Shown: piece after piece, positions 45,211 through 56,970 of the stretch
How the letters are laid out: each line of letters begins with the position of its first letter
How positions within the stretch are numbered: the stretch's first letter is position 1
NCBI GenBank assembly: GCA_964016885.1
Contig: OZ024747.1
Coordinates: 186,001-250,000 of the forward strand
Reading direction: 5' to 3'
From: Eledone cirrhosa
Taxonomy: Eukaryota
Length of the DNA: 64,000 bases
Translations under genes and position numbers: made by a program
The notes under the pieces: model-generated
What the model was told of the DNA's origin: nothing
Databases searched by the model: none
The model's input: only the letters and a program-made list of their open reading frames with translations

Positions 45211-46131
45211 ATCAAGTTGACTGGTAAATTTATCATACTACAGATCTCACAGGACTAAGTTGACTGGCAAATTTACTATACTACAGAAGACTCGCCTTCC
45301 TGCACGAGCTGGATGAAAGGAACATGGAGAGGATGGTAGTGAAGAAGTACTAAATCCTCATCTTAGTCTCTCCCAACCCTCATTACCTGCCTCACCTTAG
45401 TCTCCCCACATTTCTCTGCTCCCACCCCTCACTACCTTGCCTTAGTTTCACTCTCTCACTGTCTACCCCACCCTAGTCTCCCTCCATCCTTTTACCTCAC
45501 CACCCCACCTTAGTCTTCTCTTGCACTTTATTCCCTACTCCCTTATATCTACCCTTCTATCTCTCCGTCCCTTTGACATTGAATAATTAAAGGGAACCAG
45601 ACAATATATAACTGTATTAAAGTGGAAGAAATTCCCCTCTACTATGCAATTAATGTCTCTGTATTCCGAATGATTTGTTAGATTCACAAAGATAAAACGA
45701 AAACGCTTCTGAAATATCAAAAAATATATCTTTTCGTAGCTGAATTGGTTGGAAAATGTAATTTATTGAAAATAACATTTAAAGGTTTTCATTTAATAAG
45801 CTGTACTTTTATTACAAGCTTTAAAGTTGTTTTTTTTTTTTTTTTTAGCAAACGACTAATTCATTTTATTCAATCAGTGGAAATTAGAGGAAAAGGAGCG
45901 GAAATTAGAGAAAAAGTGTAGGGCATACTCTAGCTTAATACAATTGGAGCAATTATTGTAGTATCTCGTAAAAAGAGGTGAGTTTTGCTTCAGGCAGGGT
46001 TATTTTTCTAAAAATAATTATTTTATAATATTTTTAAGTTTCTAATTTATAAGTTAAAAAAAAAATCCCTAAAATTCCACACAAGGAAATACGGCTATGA
46101 ATCTATTGTCAGCTTTACTTATGTGCTAAAC

Positions 46132-46173
46132 AACCAATCAAAAGAGACGGCGTGGTCATTAAAACTCGCGAGA
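46132..46173 (+). promoter_or_regulatory. Probable MESD core promoter: NF-Y-type CCAAT box and CGCG element
   Basis: AACCAATCA at 46132-46140 and ACTCGCGAGA at 46164-46173 (9/10 match to TCTCGCGAGA), 30-70 bp upstream of the ATG. Confidence 0.55.
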
Positions 46174-46204
46174 AATAATTCCATATTTAGTCTGTTTCTT
46201 CGCA

Positions 46205-46381
46205 ATGTCCAAGTTGGTGTTGTTGTTGTTCACTCTGTGCTTTGCTTTAAATATTGTTGGGTCGACAGCAAAGAAAGCCAAGCTTAAGAATACTAAAACT
46301 GATGGCGAGGACAGCTGGAAGAAGAAAGATATCCGTGATTATAGCGAAGCTGATTTAGAGCGCCTGTATGACCAGTGGGAG
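46205..46381 (+). CDS. MESD: MESD (LRP chaperone, Boca) exon 1 with signal peptide
   Basis: MSKLVLLLFTLCFALNIVGS hydrophobic leader; KKKDIRDYSEADLERLYDQWE motif; GTgaat donor, phase 0. Confidence 0.95.
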
Positions 46382-46424
46382 GTGAATATATCTCTACAAT
46401 AATCATTATTATGCTATTAAGAAG

Positions 46425-46745
46425 GGCGGTGAATTGGTAGAGCGTCAGACACCATGCTTTACAGCATAGAGTTATGACCCTTTATGTTCTGAGTTCAAAT
46501 CCCGCCGAGGTTAACTTTGCCTTTCATCCTTACGTTGTCGATAAAATAAAGTACTAGTAATGCTCTGGGTTAATTGCTGGTCTTGTGCCAAAAGTAGAAA
46601 CAATTATTATGCTATTACGTTCTGAGTTCAAATCCTGCCAGGGTTAGCTTTGCCTTTCATCTTTACGGGGTGGTGGGGTCGATACCAGTAACGTACTGAG
46701 GTCGATTTACTCGACTTTCCCCTCCTAAATCAGAAACCATCAGAG
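46425..46745 (+). mobile_element. Two adjacent SINE copies in MESD intron 1 (other copies near 48660-48850, 59125-59265, 61160-61520)
   Basis: GTTCTGAGTTCAAATCC B-box plus GCCTTTCATC..GTCGAT core. Confidence 0.75.
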
Positions 46746-47384
46746 CCGCTACAATCATATTATTCTCGTATTGACCTCATATAGTCAACTACACGTGTTA
46801 GGACCTGTTGTATATATTTATTTCCCGCACCACACACATTTTACACTGAGTACATCAACTACATTATCTCGTAAAATTGGGGCCTTATATTTGTTTTGAA
46901 AATCATTATCATCTGTGTGATATAAATGCTAAGTCTGAGCACTGAGTTAATTTTCATATTTTTCTTGTTCTGGTTATTTCTTTATTCTATTAAAGTCCTA
47001 TTTGAGGGTTTCATTAAACTGACAGTAAAATTTCCAAAGTGAAAAACCAAAAACTGAACCGTAGATAATGAAACACTTTCTTGGCCCGTTACCGGTGTGT
47101 GAAAACAATAGAGGTGGATAACACTGCCCTGCCCAACCCCGCCTTTTAAATTTAGAAAATAGAGTTTGTCCACTTAAAATGGTTTTCAACCACCAAAGTC
47201 TGGTATAGGCCTGACACTTTCTGTGTAAAAAAAGCAAGATGGTTATTTTGTCTATATATAATGTCACAAGAACACGGATACTATTGACTTACTGTTTCTA
47301 TACATATGCTGCCAACGAAATGGATACCACGATGCGTGAATTCAATTTCCATTACATTTAATAGTTTCAATTTTTACAATTGCT

Positions 47385-47700
47385 ATCATCACCGTTTTAC
47401 ATCCATTCTTCCACGCTACCATGGATTAGACGAGTTGTCCTGTTGTGGGCAATGCTAGGTCAGGTAACCATGTCTTGCTCATACAGAACTGATTCCGGCT
47501 TGGTTTTTACAACTGGATGTCCTTCCTAACACCAACTTGATTTAAGTGAGTACTGGGTGCTTTTTGTTGTCACCTACGATAACTTTACAGTGTGAACTGG
47601 GCACTTTTTGCCATGTCACCATCACGACCACTTTACAGTGTGGGCTGGGTGCTTTTTGCCATGTCACCATCATGACCACTTTACAGTGTGGGCTAAGAGC
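47385..47700 (-). mobile_element. RTE 3'-UTR-derived fragment with ~45-bp internal tandem units; oppositely oriented relative at ~48320-48540
   Basis: Reverse complement of 20990-21250 (CTGGATGYCCTTCCTAACACCAAC; CACTTTACAGTGTGGGCTGGGTGC). Confidence 0.7.
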
Positions 47701-48215
47701 TTTACTGAATTCATACTTCAGCCTGACCTCATGGAGGATATATGGGAGGGTGGGGTGAGGCATACTATATATATATATTTGTGTGTGTGTGTGTGTATGG
47801 CTGTGAGTGAGTGCGGGTAAGCGAGATTCCCAGCGTGTGTGTGTGAGCACATCATTTGGGAAGGGATACCCTCAGATGAGATTTGGGCTGGAGTCGGGTC
47901 TACAACATTAATGTGGCTCCTGAGCCACCCATCTTTGAAACGTTCGTAACAGCCCAATCAATAAAAACATCAATGTGAAACCTCGTTTTTCTTTTAGTAT
48001 ATATATATATATTTGAAAGAATGTCTTGTGCACAACTAAGATCTAAAATATTAGTTTAAAAATAGGTGGGCAAAACCAACGGAAAAATGGATGAAACACT
48101 GGACAGTCCCATTATCATCAGTTGACCCCTGGAGGTCCTTGTGATTTTAGTAGATTAAGGCCGATTTTACTAACTCCGGTGCAGATAGGACAGTAACAAA
48201 TGGGCATAGTATGAT

Positions 48216-48248
<33 letters not shown>

Positions 48249-49017
48249 GGTATTTGTGTATGTATATGTATATATCATTATCATATATATGTGTATATAT
48301 ATATTATGTTGGTCCACAAAACATCCAACCCACACTGTAAAGTGGTTGTGTAAAAGACAGCAAAAAGTACCCAGCACACACTGCAAATGTAGTTGGCATT
48401 AGGAAGAGCATCCAGCTGTAGAAAATTAGTCAGAAACAGTCCTATATGAACGAGACATGGTCACCCGACCCAACTTGTCTCTAAATTGACAAACCCATTG
48501 CTAGCGTGGAAGATAGACATTAAACGATGATGATGATAATAGATATATATATATATATAATGGACGTTAAATGATGATGATATATATTTAACAGTGTTTG
48601 TTTTTCTATTTAAAATACACTTTTCATTTGTAGCAACATATATACAGAAATTTAAGACTGTGAATTGGCAGTATCAGTAGACCATCAAACAAAATGTTCT
48701 GAGTTCAAATCCTGCTGAAGTCAGCTTTATCTTTTAGCCTTCCAGGGTCGATAAAATAAACTACCAGCTAAGTACTGGAGTCTGTATAATTGAATATCCC
48801 CCCCCCCCTCCCCCCAATTACTGGCCATACTCTGTTAGAAAGAATTATTATTACTCAGTTTTTGTTTTGTTGTATTTTGTATTTCTTGTTTTATGTGAAA
48901 CAATCCTTCAGAAGCAGAAATCTAAGTGGAATCTTGTCATTCCTTCCCTTCTTTCTTTTTCTTCCATCAATATTTCACTTTCTTCCTCTCTCTCTCTACC
49001 CATACAGTCTATCTGTG

Positions 49018-49051
<34 letters not shown>

Positions 49052-49056
<5 letters not shown>

Positions 49057-49590
49057 GAAATCGTCAACTTGCTTGATTATATCGCCGTTTAGACTTCGCA
49101 TACCAACCGAGGAGTCTTGGTTCAGGCAAATATATTCTCTTTTGCCTGCGTTGACATAGAGTCCGATTTCCTTTGCAACTGATTCGATGCTGTGAAGTAG
49201 TGATGTTGCATCCTTAAGGTAGTCAGCGAGGACCGCTAAATCATCCGCATAGTCAGCATCGGTGATTTTCTGAGCTGCATGGCGTCTACACTTTCGCTTT
49301 GTGAGAGTGAAACCAAGCTCTAAGTTTTCGTCCAGGGCTTTTCTCAATACATAGTCGAGGCAGATGATAAAAATATATGGTGCAAGAGTATCCCCTTGGA
49401 GTACTCCTGCAATGATGTCAAAGAAGTTGGTATCTCCATTAAGCAAGTTGACGATTTCAAATACCTGCGTAGCTATATCGCCTCCACAGAACATATTAAC
49501 ATCAGACTGGGAAAAGCCTGGGGAACATTGAATGCAATGGAAAAGATATGGAAATCAAACCTGTCGGCCAAACTGAAAAGGAACGCTGTA
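49052..49590. mobile_element. LINE RT fragment (RTE-like) with internal inversion
   Basis: 49052-49440 on - encodes GVLQGDTLAP..DYADDLA..KQVDDFK; 49441-49590 on + continues KQVDDFKYL..RLGKAW..KIWKS. Confidence 0.8.
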
Positions 49591-49743
49591 CTAGTTTCAA
49601 GCTTATTAGCTATCGTCAGCAACGTATACCTTCCTGCCAGATGATTGAACGTCTGAAAGTATATACTTTCCTTATGCATATTAACGGCTGAGTAGCCCAA
49701 TTTGCATATCGAGTGGGTTAATCGGCCGGGTGCACCGAAAACG

Positions 49744-50141
49744 ATAAACGGAAAAAATGAAACAAAATTTCATTTCCCACTCTTAGTACGGCTGTTACTT
49801 AAATATAAGTATGTATACATACATACATATATGTATACAGACGTACAGTAGTAAGTATATATAAATACATACATGCACACATATATATATGTACGTATGG
49901 ATTCACCGAACATTTATTATAATGCTCAGTGTGTTTGTAAACAAACATCCCGTATTAAGCCGTAGTGTCTAGCAACACACCGAGCATTATAATAAATGTT
50001 CGGTGAATCCATACATACATATATATATATATATACATACTACTGTACGTCTGTATACATATATATATGTACGTATACATACTTATATTTAAGTAACAGC
50101 CGTACTAAGAGTGGGAAATGAAATTTCGTTTCATTTTTTCC

Positions 50142-50147
<6 letters not shown>
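49744..50147. mobile_element. ~400-bp foldback element in MESD intron 1, with a unique segment on its left (49590-49743)
   Basis: ATAAACGGAAAAAATGAAAC...GGATTCACCGAACATTTATTATAATGCTC is mirrored around a ~35-nt loop near 49955. Confidence 0.85.
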
Positions 50148-50183
<36 letters not shown>

Positions 50184-51001
50184 TTGTGTATGTGTGTAGG
50201 TAAAAAGTGTGAAAAAACAGGGGTATATTTAAAAATTATTTATTTATTTTGTCAAATATTACAAAAATTTCTCATAGTCTGCTGGCAGTTAGAACATGTT
50301 TAATCGTAACAGCCATAACAAAGACATTGAACTGCCAGTGAAACGTGTATTGCAGTGCACTACCAACTTTTGAGATAAAAATTTCTTTTATAATTCACTA
50401 CTCTCTATCTCTCTGATTTTACAACTGTTTATCCACGTTGGCAAGAGTTGGTTGGAACTTTTGAGGTGCCCTTTCACAGCTGGATGCTCTTCCGGGTGCT
50501 GTCCCTTTTAGATGCCCCTTACAACATGCAGAGATGCAATGTCTTTATTAAACTTGGATACATACGGATTTATATATAAACACACACACACACACACACA
50601 AAAGAATATATGTGTGTGTGTGTCATTAAGTTAGTGCTAACAGACCCAATGTAGTGAGCAAGAAAACTACTCAGTTTCCATAAACATTTGATAAGAAAAA
50701 TCAGATCAAGACAAATGAATAATTGAAACAACCCTGGAATCTCAAATCAAATAGTTTCTATTTAACACATTTCCATCTCAAGGTTATTGGTCTACTTGAG
50801 GTTCTGAGTAAAGACACTTGCCCAGGGTACCACACACTGAAATTGAACCCAGAAACATGTTATTGAGAAGGGCATCCAGCTGTAGCAACCAAGTCAAATA
50901 CAGATCAGTGTGAACATGATGTGGTATCTGACTTGTCTCATAATGTGACAACCCGTCTAACCCATGTGTGGAAAAATAACCATTAAATATATATATATCA
51001 T

Positions 51002-51054
<53 letters not shown>

Positions 51055-51189
51055 CCATTTATATTGGATGGTTTAACTAATGGGTTGATTTAGTCATTCC
51101 AGTTAGCAGACCACTCAACATTATGCAAATCATCCATCATAAATTTGGTGTCTTGTGGTTGGTACAAGAACAAATTTATATACTCTTTT

Positions 51190-52410
51190 ACCTGTTCCAG
51201 CCATCCGGCTGAGGCCATGCTGGGGCACCGCCCTTGTTGCTACACATTCTATCTCCAGCCTGTGTTAGCTGGCTATTGGTGTAAGAGGGAGTTTGTTGCT
51301 GCTGCCCTTAGGTTACCATGCTGTGGGATCATCTGGGATCCTGGATAGCGGGGTGTCAAGATGTTTCTTGAAAACATCCATGTCCACGCCATGCAGATCT
51401 CTCAAATTTCTTGGCAACTTGGTGATGAGTTGAGGGCCTATGAACCGCAGGCTGTTGCAAAATATGCTCCTTATTCTAGTTGTGAAAGACGGGATCTTTG
51501 GCACCACACAGTGACATCCTGTTTGGGGGTTGGTCCTGCTCCCAATGCCAAAGTTTGGTGCTAGTCCCTCCATGATTTTTCATATGTATATCACTGCGTA
51601 TCTCGCCTGTCTTCGTTCCAAGGAGTAGAAATTCAGTTCTTTTAGCCTCTCCCAGTAGCTTATCTCCTTCATTGTGGCAATCCTCTTGGTGTAGCTTCGT
51701 TGGATTGCCTTAACCTCTATGGGGTGACCACAGCTGGGAGCAGTAGTCCAGGTGGCTTAGGAGAAATGTCCTCCATTGTATCGTCATGGTCTCTTGTCCA
51801 GAAAGTCCTCAAGATCCAGCCAGCAAGTCGTCTGCACATTGTCGCCACCCTCATAATGTGTGAAGAAAAAGATGTATCATCGCTCATGTCTATCTCCAGG
51901 TCTCGTATACATTTTGCCACAGGGATTTCGATCCCTCCTGGTCCGGCGTAACTGTGTTGTACTGTCTTTGTGTTAGCAGGTTGGTATTGCAGGGCTTGAA
52001 ATTTTCCAGCATTAAACTGCATGTTGTTGTCCTCAGCCTATTTGTATATAGCATCCAGATCTTGTTGTAAAAGGGCAGCATCAGCTGGGTTTTTGATTGC
52101 TTATGCTATCTTTGTGTCATCAGCATAGCTAGTGAGGGATGTTGTATGTACTACAGAGGGCATGTCTGAGAGAGCCACCAAAAACAGTAGTGGTCCCAAG
52201 ACTGTGCCCTGGGGCACTCCACTTATTATTGATGTTTCCTTTGAGAGGGCCCCATTGGCTGCAACTGTCTGGTTTCTGTCTTTTAAGAAATCATGCAGCC
52301 ACTCACCTACTTTTCCAGTTATGGCGAGTTTGTGTAGTTTTTGACATATCATTCCGTGGTCGACCTTGTCAAAGGCCTTCGCAAAGTCAAGATATATCAC
52401 GTCCACATGT
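51190..52410 (-). mobile_element. 5'-truncated CR1/L2-group LINE fragment
   Basis: DVIYLDFAKAFDKVDH, SGVPQGTVLGPLLF, YADDTK, FKKHLD..IPDDP. Confidence 0.88.
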
Positions 52411-52834
52411 GATTGAATTTCTTAACCGTACTGATAGCTGTAACCAAACCTACTCAATTAATTACTGCCCAGTTAAGTTTATCATTAGTTAAATGTTTCT
52501 ACATAGCTCTTTCTTTCTGTCCTCCTCTTCCTCGTCACCCCCCCCCCCCCTCCCTCTCATAACTACAGATCTGTCCTCCTCCTCCTTGTCACCCCCCCCC
52601 CCCCTCTCTCACGACTTCACACCTCTGTGCCTGGCACAATGTTTCTCTTCAACTTGTACCAATCACCAGCATCTCCATTAATAAACTCACATATCATTTT
52701 ATCTAATTTATTCTCCACTCTCTCTGACCCCCCTCCCCCCCTTCTCTCACACTCCTTTCCTTCCTTTCAACATGGAGAGCTGTTTGCTGTCAAAAAGTTA
52801 AACTAAGAAACAGCTTGGTAGGATTTCATATTTA

Positions 52835-52948
52835 GATTGTCTAATAATTAACCATCAGACTGTTGCAGAGAGGTGATTGTCTAATTAACAATCAGACTGT
52901 TGTAGAGAGGTGATTGTCTAATTAACCATCAGGTATTGACTGTTGTAG
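52835..52948 (+). repeat. Three ~37-43-bp tandem copies of the MESD exon 2 acceptor region
   Basis: GATTGTCTAAT(AA)TTAACMATCAG..ACTGTTGYAG repeated three times. Confidence 0.85.
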
Positions 52949-53102
52949 GAAGGAGATGAAGAACTTGAACCAGATGAACTCCCAGAATGGAAGAGAGAAG
53001 GGCCACCAGTGGATTTCTCTCAGTATGACCACAATAACCCTGAAGATCTTCTCAGGATGAGCAAAAAAGGAAAAACTTTAATGATGTTTGTGTCAGTTTC
53101 TG
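52949..53102 (+). CDS. MESD: MESD exon 2 (EGDEELEPDELPEWKREGPPVDFSQYDHNNPEDLLRMSKKGKTLMMFVSVS)
   Basis: tAG / GTatgt, phase 0/1; hallmark KKGKTLMMFV motif. Confidence 0.95.
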
Positions 53103-54300
53103 GTATGTATTCTAGGCATTTTATTTCCTTTATAGGTTGTTGTTGTTTGTGTATTTACTACTCACTTTAAGGTTTAATCCACTGAGTTAGGACCAATAAC
53201 ACTAATTTGAGATAAAAGAATGCTAAAAATTCAGGTTCAAGTAATTTAAGCCATGCCTTCATGGAAATGTACCTAATCAATGGGTCCCACTGCTTGCATG
53301 GATTCCCTTCAGTCTCTCTAGATCCTGAAGTGACATTTCTCTGAATTATATTTGCTAAAAGAAATTTTTGTTCGCTGGTTATTGTCTGGCCTTGAGGGTT
53401 CAGCTCTAATTGAGCAGACTTACCAAGAGAAAATGAGGAACAGAAATGGTAGTTTATATTGAGGGCTATCACATGAACTTTCTACAGCAATTTCTTAAAC
53501 CAACTTTAGAATCACCTATACTGGTATTCAACTCAGCAGAAATATCCCAAAAAGAGTGATGGTTACTTTTGATAATGTACTCCTAGATGTATTATACCTG
53601 GGGTTTAGGTCTGTTTAGTAGTAAACAACAACAAAAATATCCTAATCTGTTGCTCTCTCTATCATATTCCTGTTTGATAAACTATTCTCTATGAGTCAAT
53701 GAGGAGAAACTCAATGTGGTTTCTGAACCTGATAGAAATAACAAATCAATATTTGTGAAGAGCTGCTACTTGGTTTATAGGTGCCTACATCTACAAATAT
53801 AGAAGAAATATTTTGGTGCAAATTAAGCTAGAGTGGCACCAGTTCTCCTTTATCTGGCAAAAGACTGCAGAAGTTATTTTGCCAGGACCTAAGTCTGTTG
53901 AGGATTCTGCTAATGTGTTGTGATTTTGACCAGATCATTGGATTGTTAGTCTGATGACGATCACTGTTGCCACATCCACCCTCCTGCTGATAAAGACTTA
54001 GTCCATAACCCTTACTGGGTGCTATCAGGCTGAGCCAACAGAGCCCAGAACTTGCAACAAGTAGGACAATTACTTCCTGAAGTAGCTAAAACACTCACAC
54101 AACCTCCAAAAAGATAATCTCTACCAAATGACACCATACCATCTTTAAAAAAAAGATTACATTGAGTACATTATGAGGGCTGAAATATTTTTGGTCATAG
54201 ATTGGTTCCAATGGATCTGAACATGGGTCAAATAAAGCCCCCTCTCTGTAATTATCTGTACACCATTCAGGGTTTAATGAATGATATGTCATGTTTACAG

Positions 54301-54382
54301 GTAACCCTACACGGCAAGAAACTGAGCAGATTACCTCACTATGGCAGAGCAGTTTATTTAATGCAAACATTGATATTACGCG
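54301..54382 (+). CDS. MESD: MESD exon 3 (GNPTRQETEQITSLWQSSLFNANIDITR)
   Basis: cAG / GTaag, phase 1/2; matches ETEEITSLWQGSLFN. Confidence 0.93.
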
Positions 54383-55092
54383 GTAAGAAATAATACACTT
54401 CTTCATTATCATTAGGTTTTTCTTTATCTTTAACAGGCTGTAAGACACTGTAAAGGGCCCTTAGTTGGTGTTGTTAAGGCCCAAGTTTTGATCCTACATA
54501 TTTCAAGATGGATTCTCTGTTAGTTTTAAAAATGAGTATTCACCAGTTCAGTCAACTGTTGTCCTACTCAGTAAATGTGTGTCAGATTCTTTATTAGACA
54601 GACATGTGTGCCCTTAATATAATTCTGAAGCTGAATCAATGTGGCAAGGCTGGACATTTGACGACCAGGTACTCTCTATTCAATTGACTTCCACACAGTT
54701 TCTGTCTACCCAATTTCACTGAAGGCTTGGGTCAACCTGAGGCTATGGTAAATAACATTTGTTGAAGATGTCATAGTGGGATTGAAACTCAGACCTCATG
54801 TGAAGGAAACTTTCTAACTTCTATTCTCAAACTTATGATCAATTAAAGCTTTTTGTATATCTGGAACATTATTGTTTAATGTATCTTTTCTTTTAAGATG
54901 GTAGGGGCTGTTGGAGATAGATTTGACTGTTACTTCTAGCTCTCTATTGTATGGTAGTTGGTGGAGGTGGTTGTTGAGTATCCCAAATCTACACAATTCT
55001 AGTAAACCTTTAAAAACAGTTTCAGTGGTGGTGGTGATAGTTGTTGCTGTGTCAAATTCTTTATCAATGTGGCTATTTTTATTCTATTGCAG

Positions 55093-55234
55093 ATATTTAA
55101 TTAGCGACGACCGAGCAATTTTCATGTTAAAAGATGGCTCGAAAGCATGGGAGATAAAAAATTTCCTTGTCCAGCAGGAACGATGTTTGAAAGTAACAAT
55201 AGAAAATCAAGACTACCCTGGCAAAGGATCACCT
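55093..55234 (+). CDS. MESD: MESD exon 4 (YLISDDRAIFMLKDGSKAWEIKNFLVQQERCLKVTIENQDYPGKGSP)
   Basis: gcAG acceptor, GTtagt donor at 55235; matches DRAIFMLRDGSYAWEIKDFLV..YPGKG. Confidence 0.92.
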
Positions 55235-55269
55235 GTTAGTATAAAATAATGACTTGTTAATTGTTTCGA

Positions 55270-55990
55270 TTTTAAAGTCATGAAAAATCTCTTGGTGGGA
55301 TTAAAACAAAATTCCTTCTTGGGAGGTTCATGGAGGTAGTCGTTAAGCATGTCTTACAGCAAGTCCTGTCAGAAGCAACCATCTCCAATTGATCCGGCTG
55401 GATCCCCAAGCAAGAGCAGCTGAGCTCATGGATGTTATTCAACCATCTTGCTCAGGGTCTATCCATGGGTCTCCTACCATTTGGTTTTTACCTGTAAAAT
55501 CTGTCCAGCGATTCTTTCCTGAGACATTCTAACCACATGCCCATAGTATCGGAGTTGCGATCTCTTAATTCAGAGAAGTAGCAGCTCTACCTGGAGAGAC
55601 TCTTAGATCTCTGAGCTATGCACTCTACCAAGTAACATTACTCTAAAGACACTTTGGAGAAATCCCATTTGGGCCGCTTGTATTTGCGATCATATTCTTT
55701 CGGTCATTACTAAGGATTCATGACCATAGGTAATGGTTGGCATGAATACCGAATTGAAGATAGCGAGTTTGGCTTTTACATTTACTTCCTTTCTTTTGAT
55801 TACCAAATGCTGAAACTGAAGCATTACTGCATCAGTTCCTGCAATTCTTGCACTTAATTCAGCTTCCTGACTCCCATCACTCATGAACACAGCCCCAAGA
55901 TACTTGAACTGCTTCAGTGGACCTCTACTCATACGTAGAGTGCACTGTTCAGGCTTCTTTGAGAGTTTGAGTGTCTCAGTTTTTTCCACA
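55270..55990 (-). mobile_element. RTE-like LINE 3' fragment in MESD intron 4
   Basis: KQFKYLG..DG...SARI...PTITYGHES..MTER; downstream QLRYYGHV. Confidence 0.75.
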
Positions 55991-56955
55991 CTGTTCTTTA
56001 TTCCATTACTGAGAAATATCAATCTAGCATTAATTACTGGGATGAAGTGAGTCAAAAAATTCTAGGATATTAGAGTGGACTTCACTAATACACACACACT
56101 CTTTTGTAACAAAGTACAATTCACACACCAATTTCTGTTTTATAACAATTTTAATACTCAAAATTTTAACATAAATCTTTTAAAAAGCTGATGGTGTGCC
56201 ATAACACTTTTAATGGCTTTTTTTAGTGTCAGAGATTGAAAGAGTTTGTGTGTTATTGAAGAAGGTAGTATTGAGCACAAGATTCTTAATAGTTGGAACA
56301 TTACTAAAATCATATATGTGTGTATTTCATGTTACATTTATTATAATTATTGGGTGTACCCAGTTTAGAATAGGTACACTGTATCTCTGAATGTTGTAAG
56401 AAATGAGTATTAGGAAGGACATCTGACAGTAAAAAATTGCCTCCCAAAAGTCCTGTCCAACCCATGCCAACTTGGAAAAGTCATCATAAAAACCACAACT
56501 ATGATGATGAAAAGTGATAGGTTTAATCTGTCTCTTGGGTGCAGGCCACTCTGTTATAAGCATTCAAGTCACATCTCCAGTTTTGAGAATACCTTCCTAA
56601 CTCCCACCAGGATATGAGGCCCTGAGTAAACAGTAAAAAAACCCATTATTTATTCATTTATTTACAGCTGTTGTTTTAACTGGTCACCTGGTTTAACACC
56701 TTTTGGTGTTTTTATCTAAATCTTCTGTTACACCATGGCTCTGGTCCGAGGAGAACCCAAAATCTTGGTTTTTTTACTCGTTACCCTCAAGTTTTAGGGA
56801 CTTCAAAAAAAGGCTACTGTCTTCTAAGACATAAAAAGAAAAAAATATTTTTATTGTAATTATGTTTATTTACAAATATATAATTTTTTAATTTTATATA
56901 TATAGATATATCTATATAATATTATTTTTTGTTTTTATATATTTATTTATAACAG

Positions 56956-56970
56956 AAAACTGAATTATGA
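56956..56970 (+). CDS. MESD: MESD terminal coding exon: KTEL* (ER-retention signal)
   Basis: T-rich tract plus aacAG, then AAA ACT GAA TTA TGA, in phase 0 with the exon 4 donor; MESD homologues end in KDEL-like signals. Confidence 0.75.
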   Translation, partial: KTEL

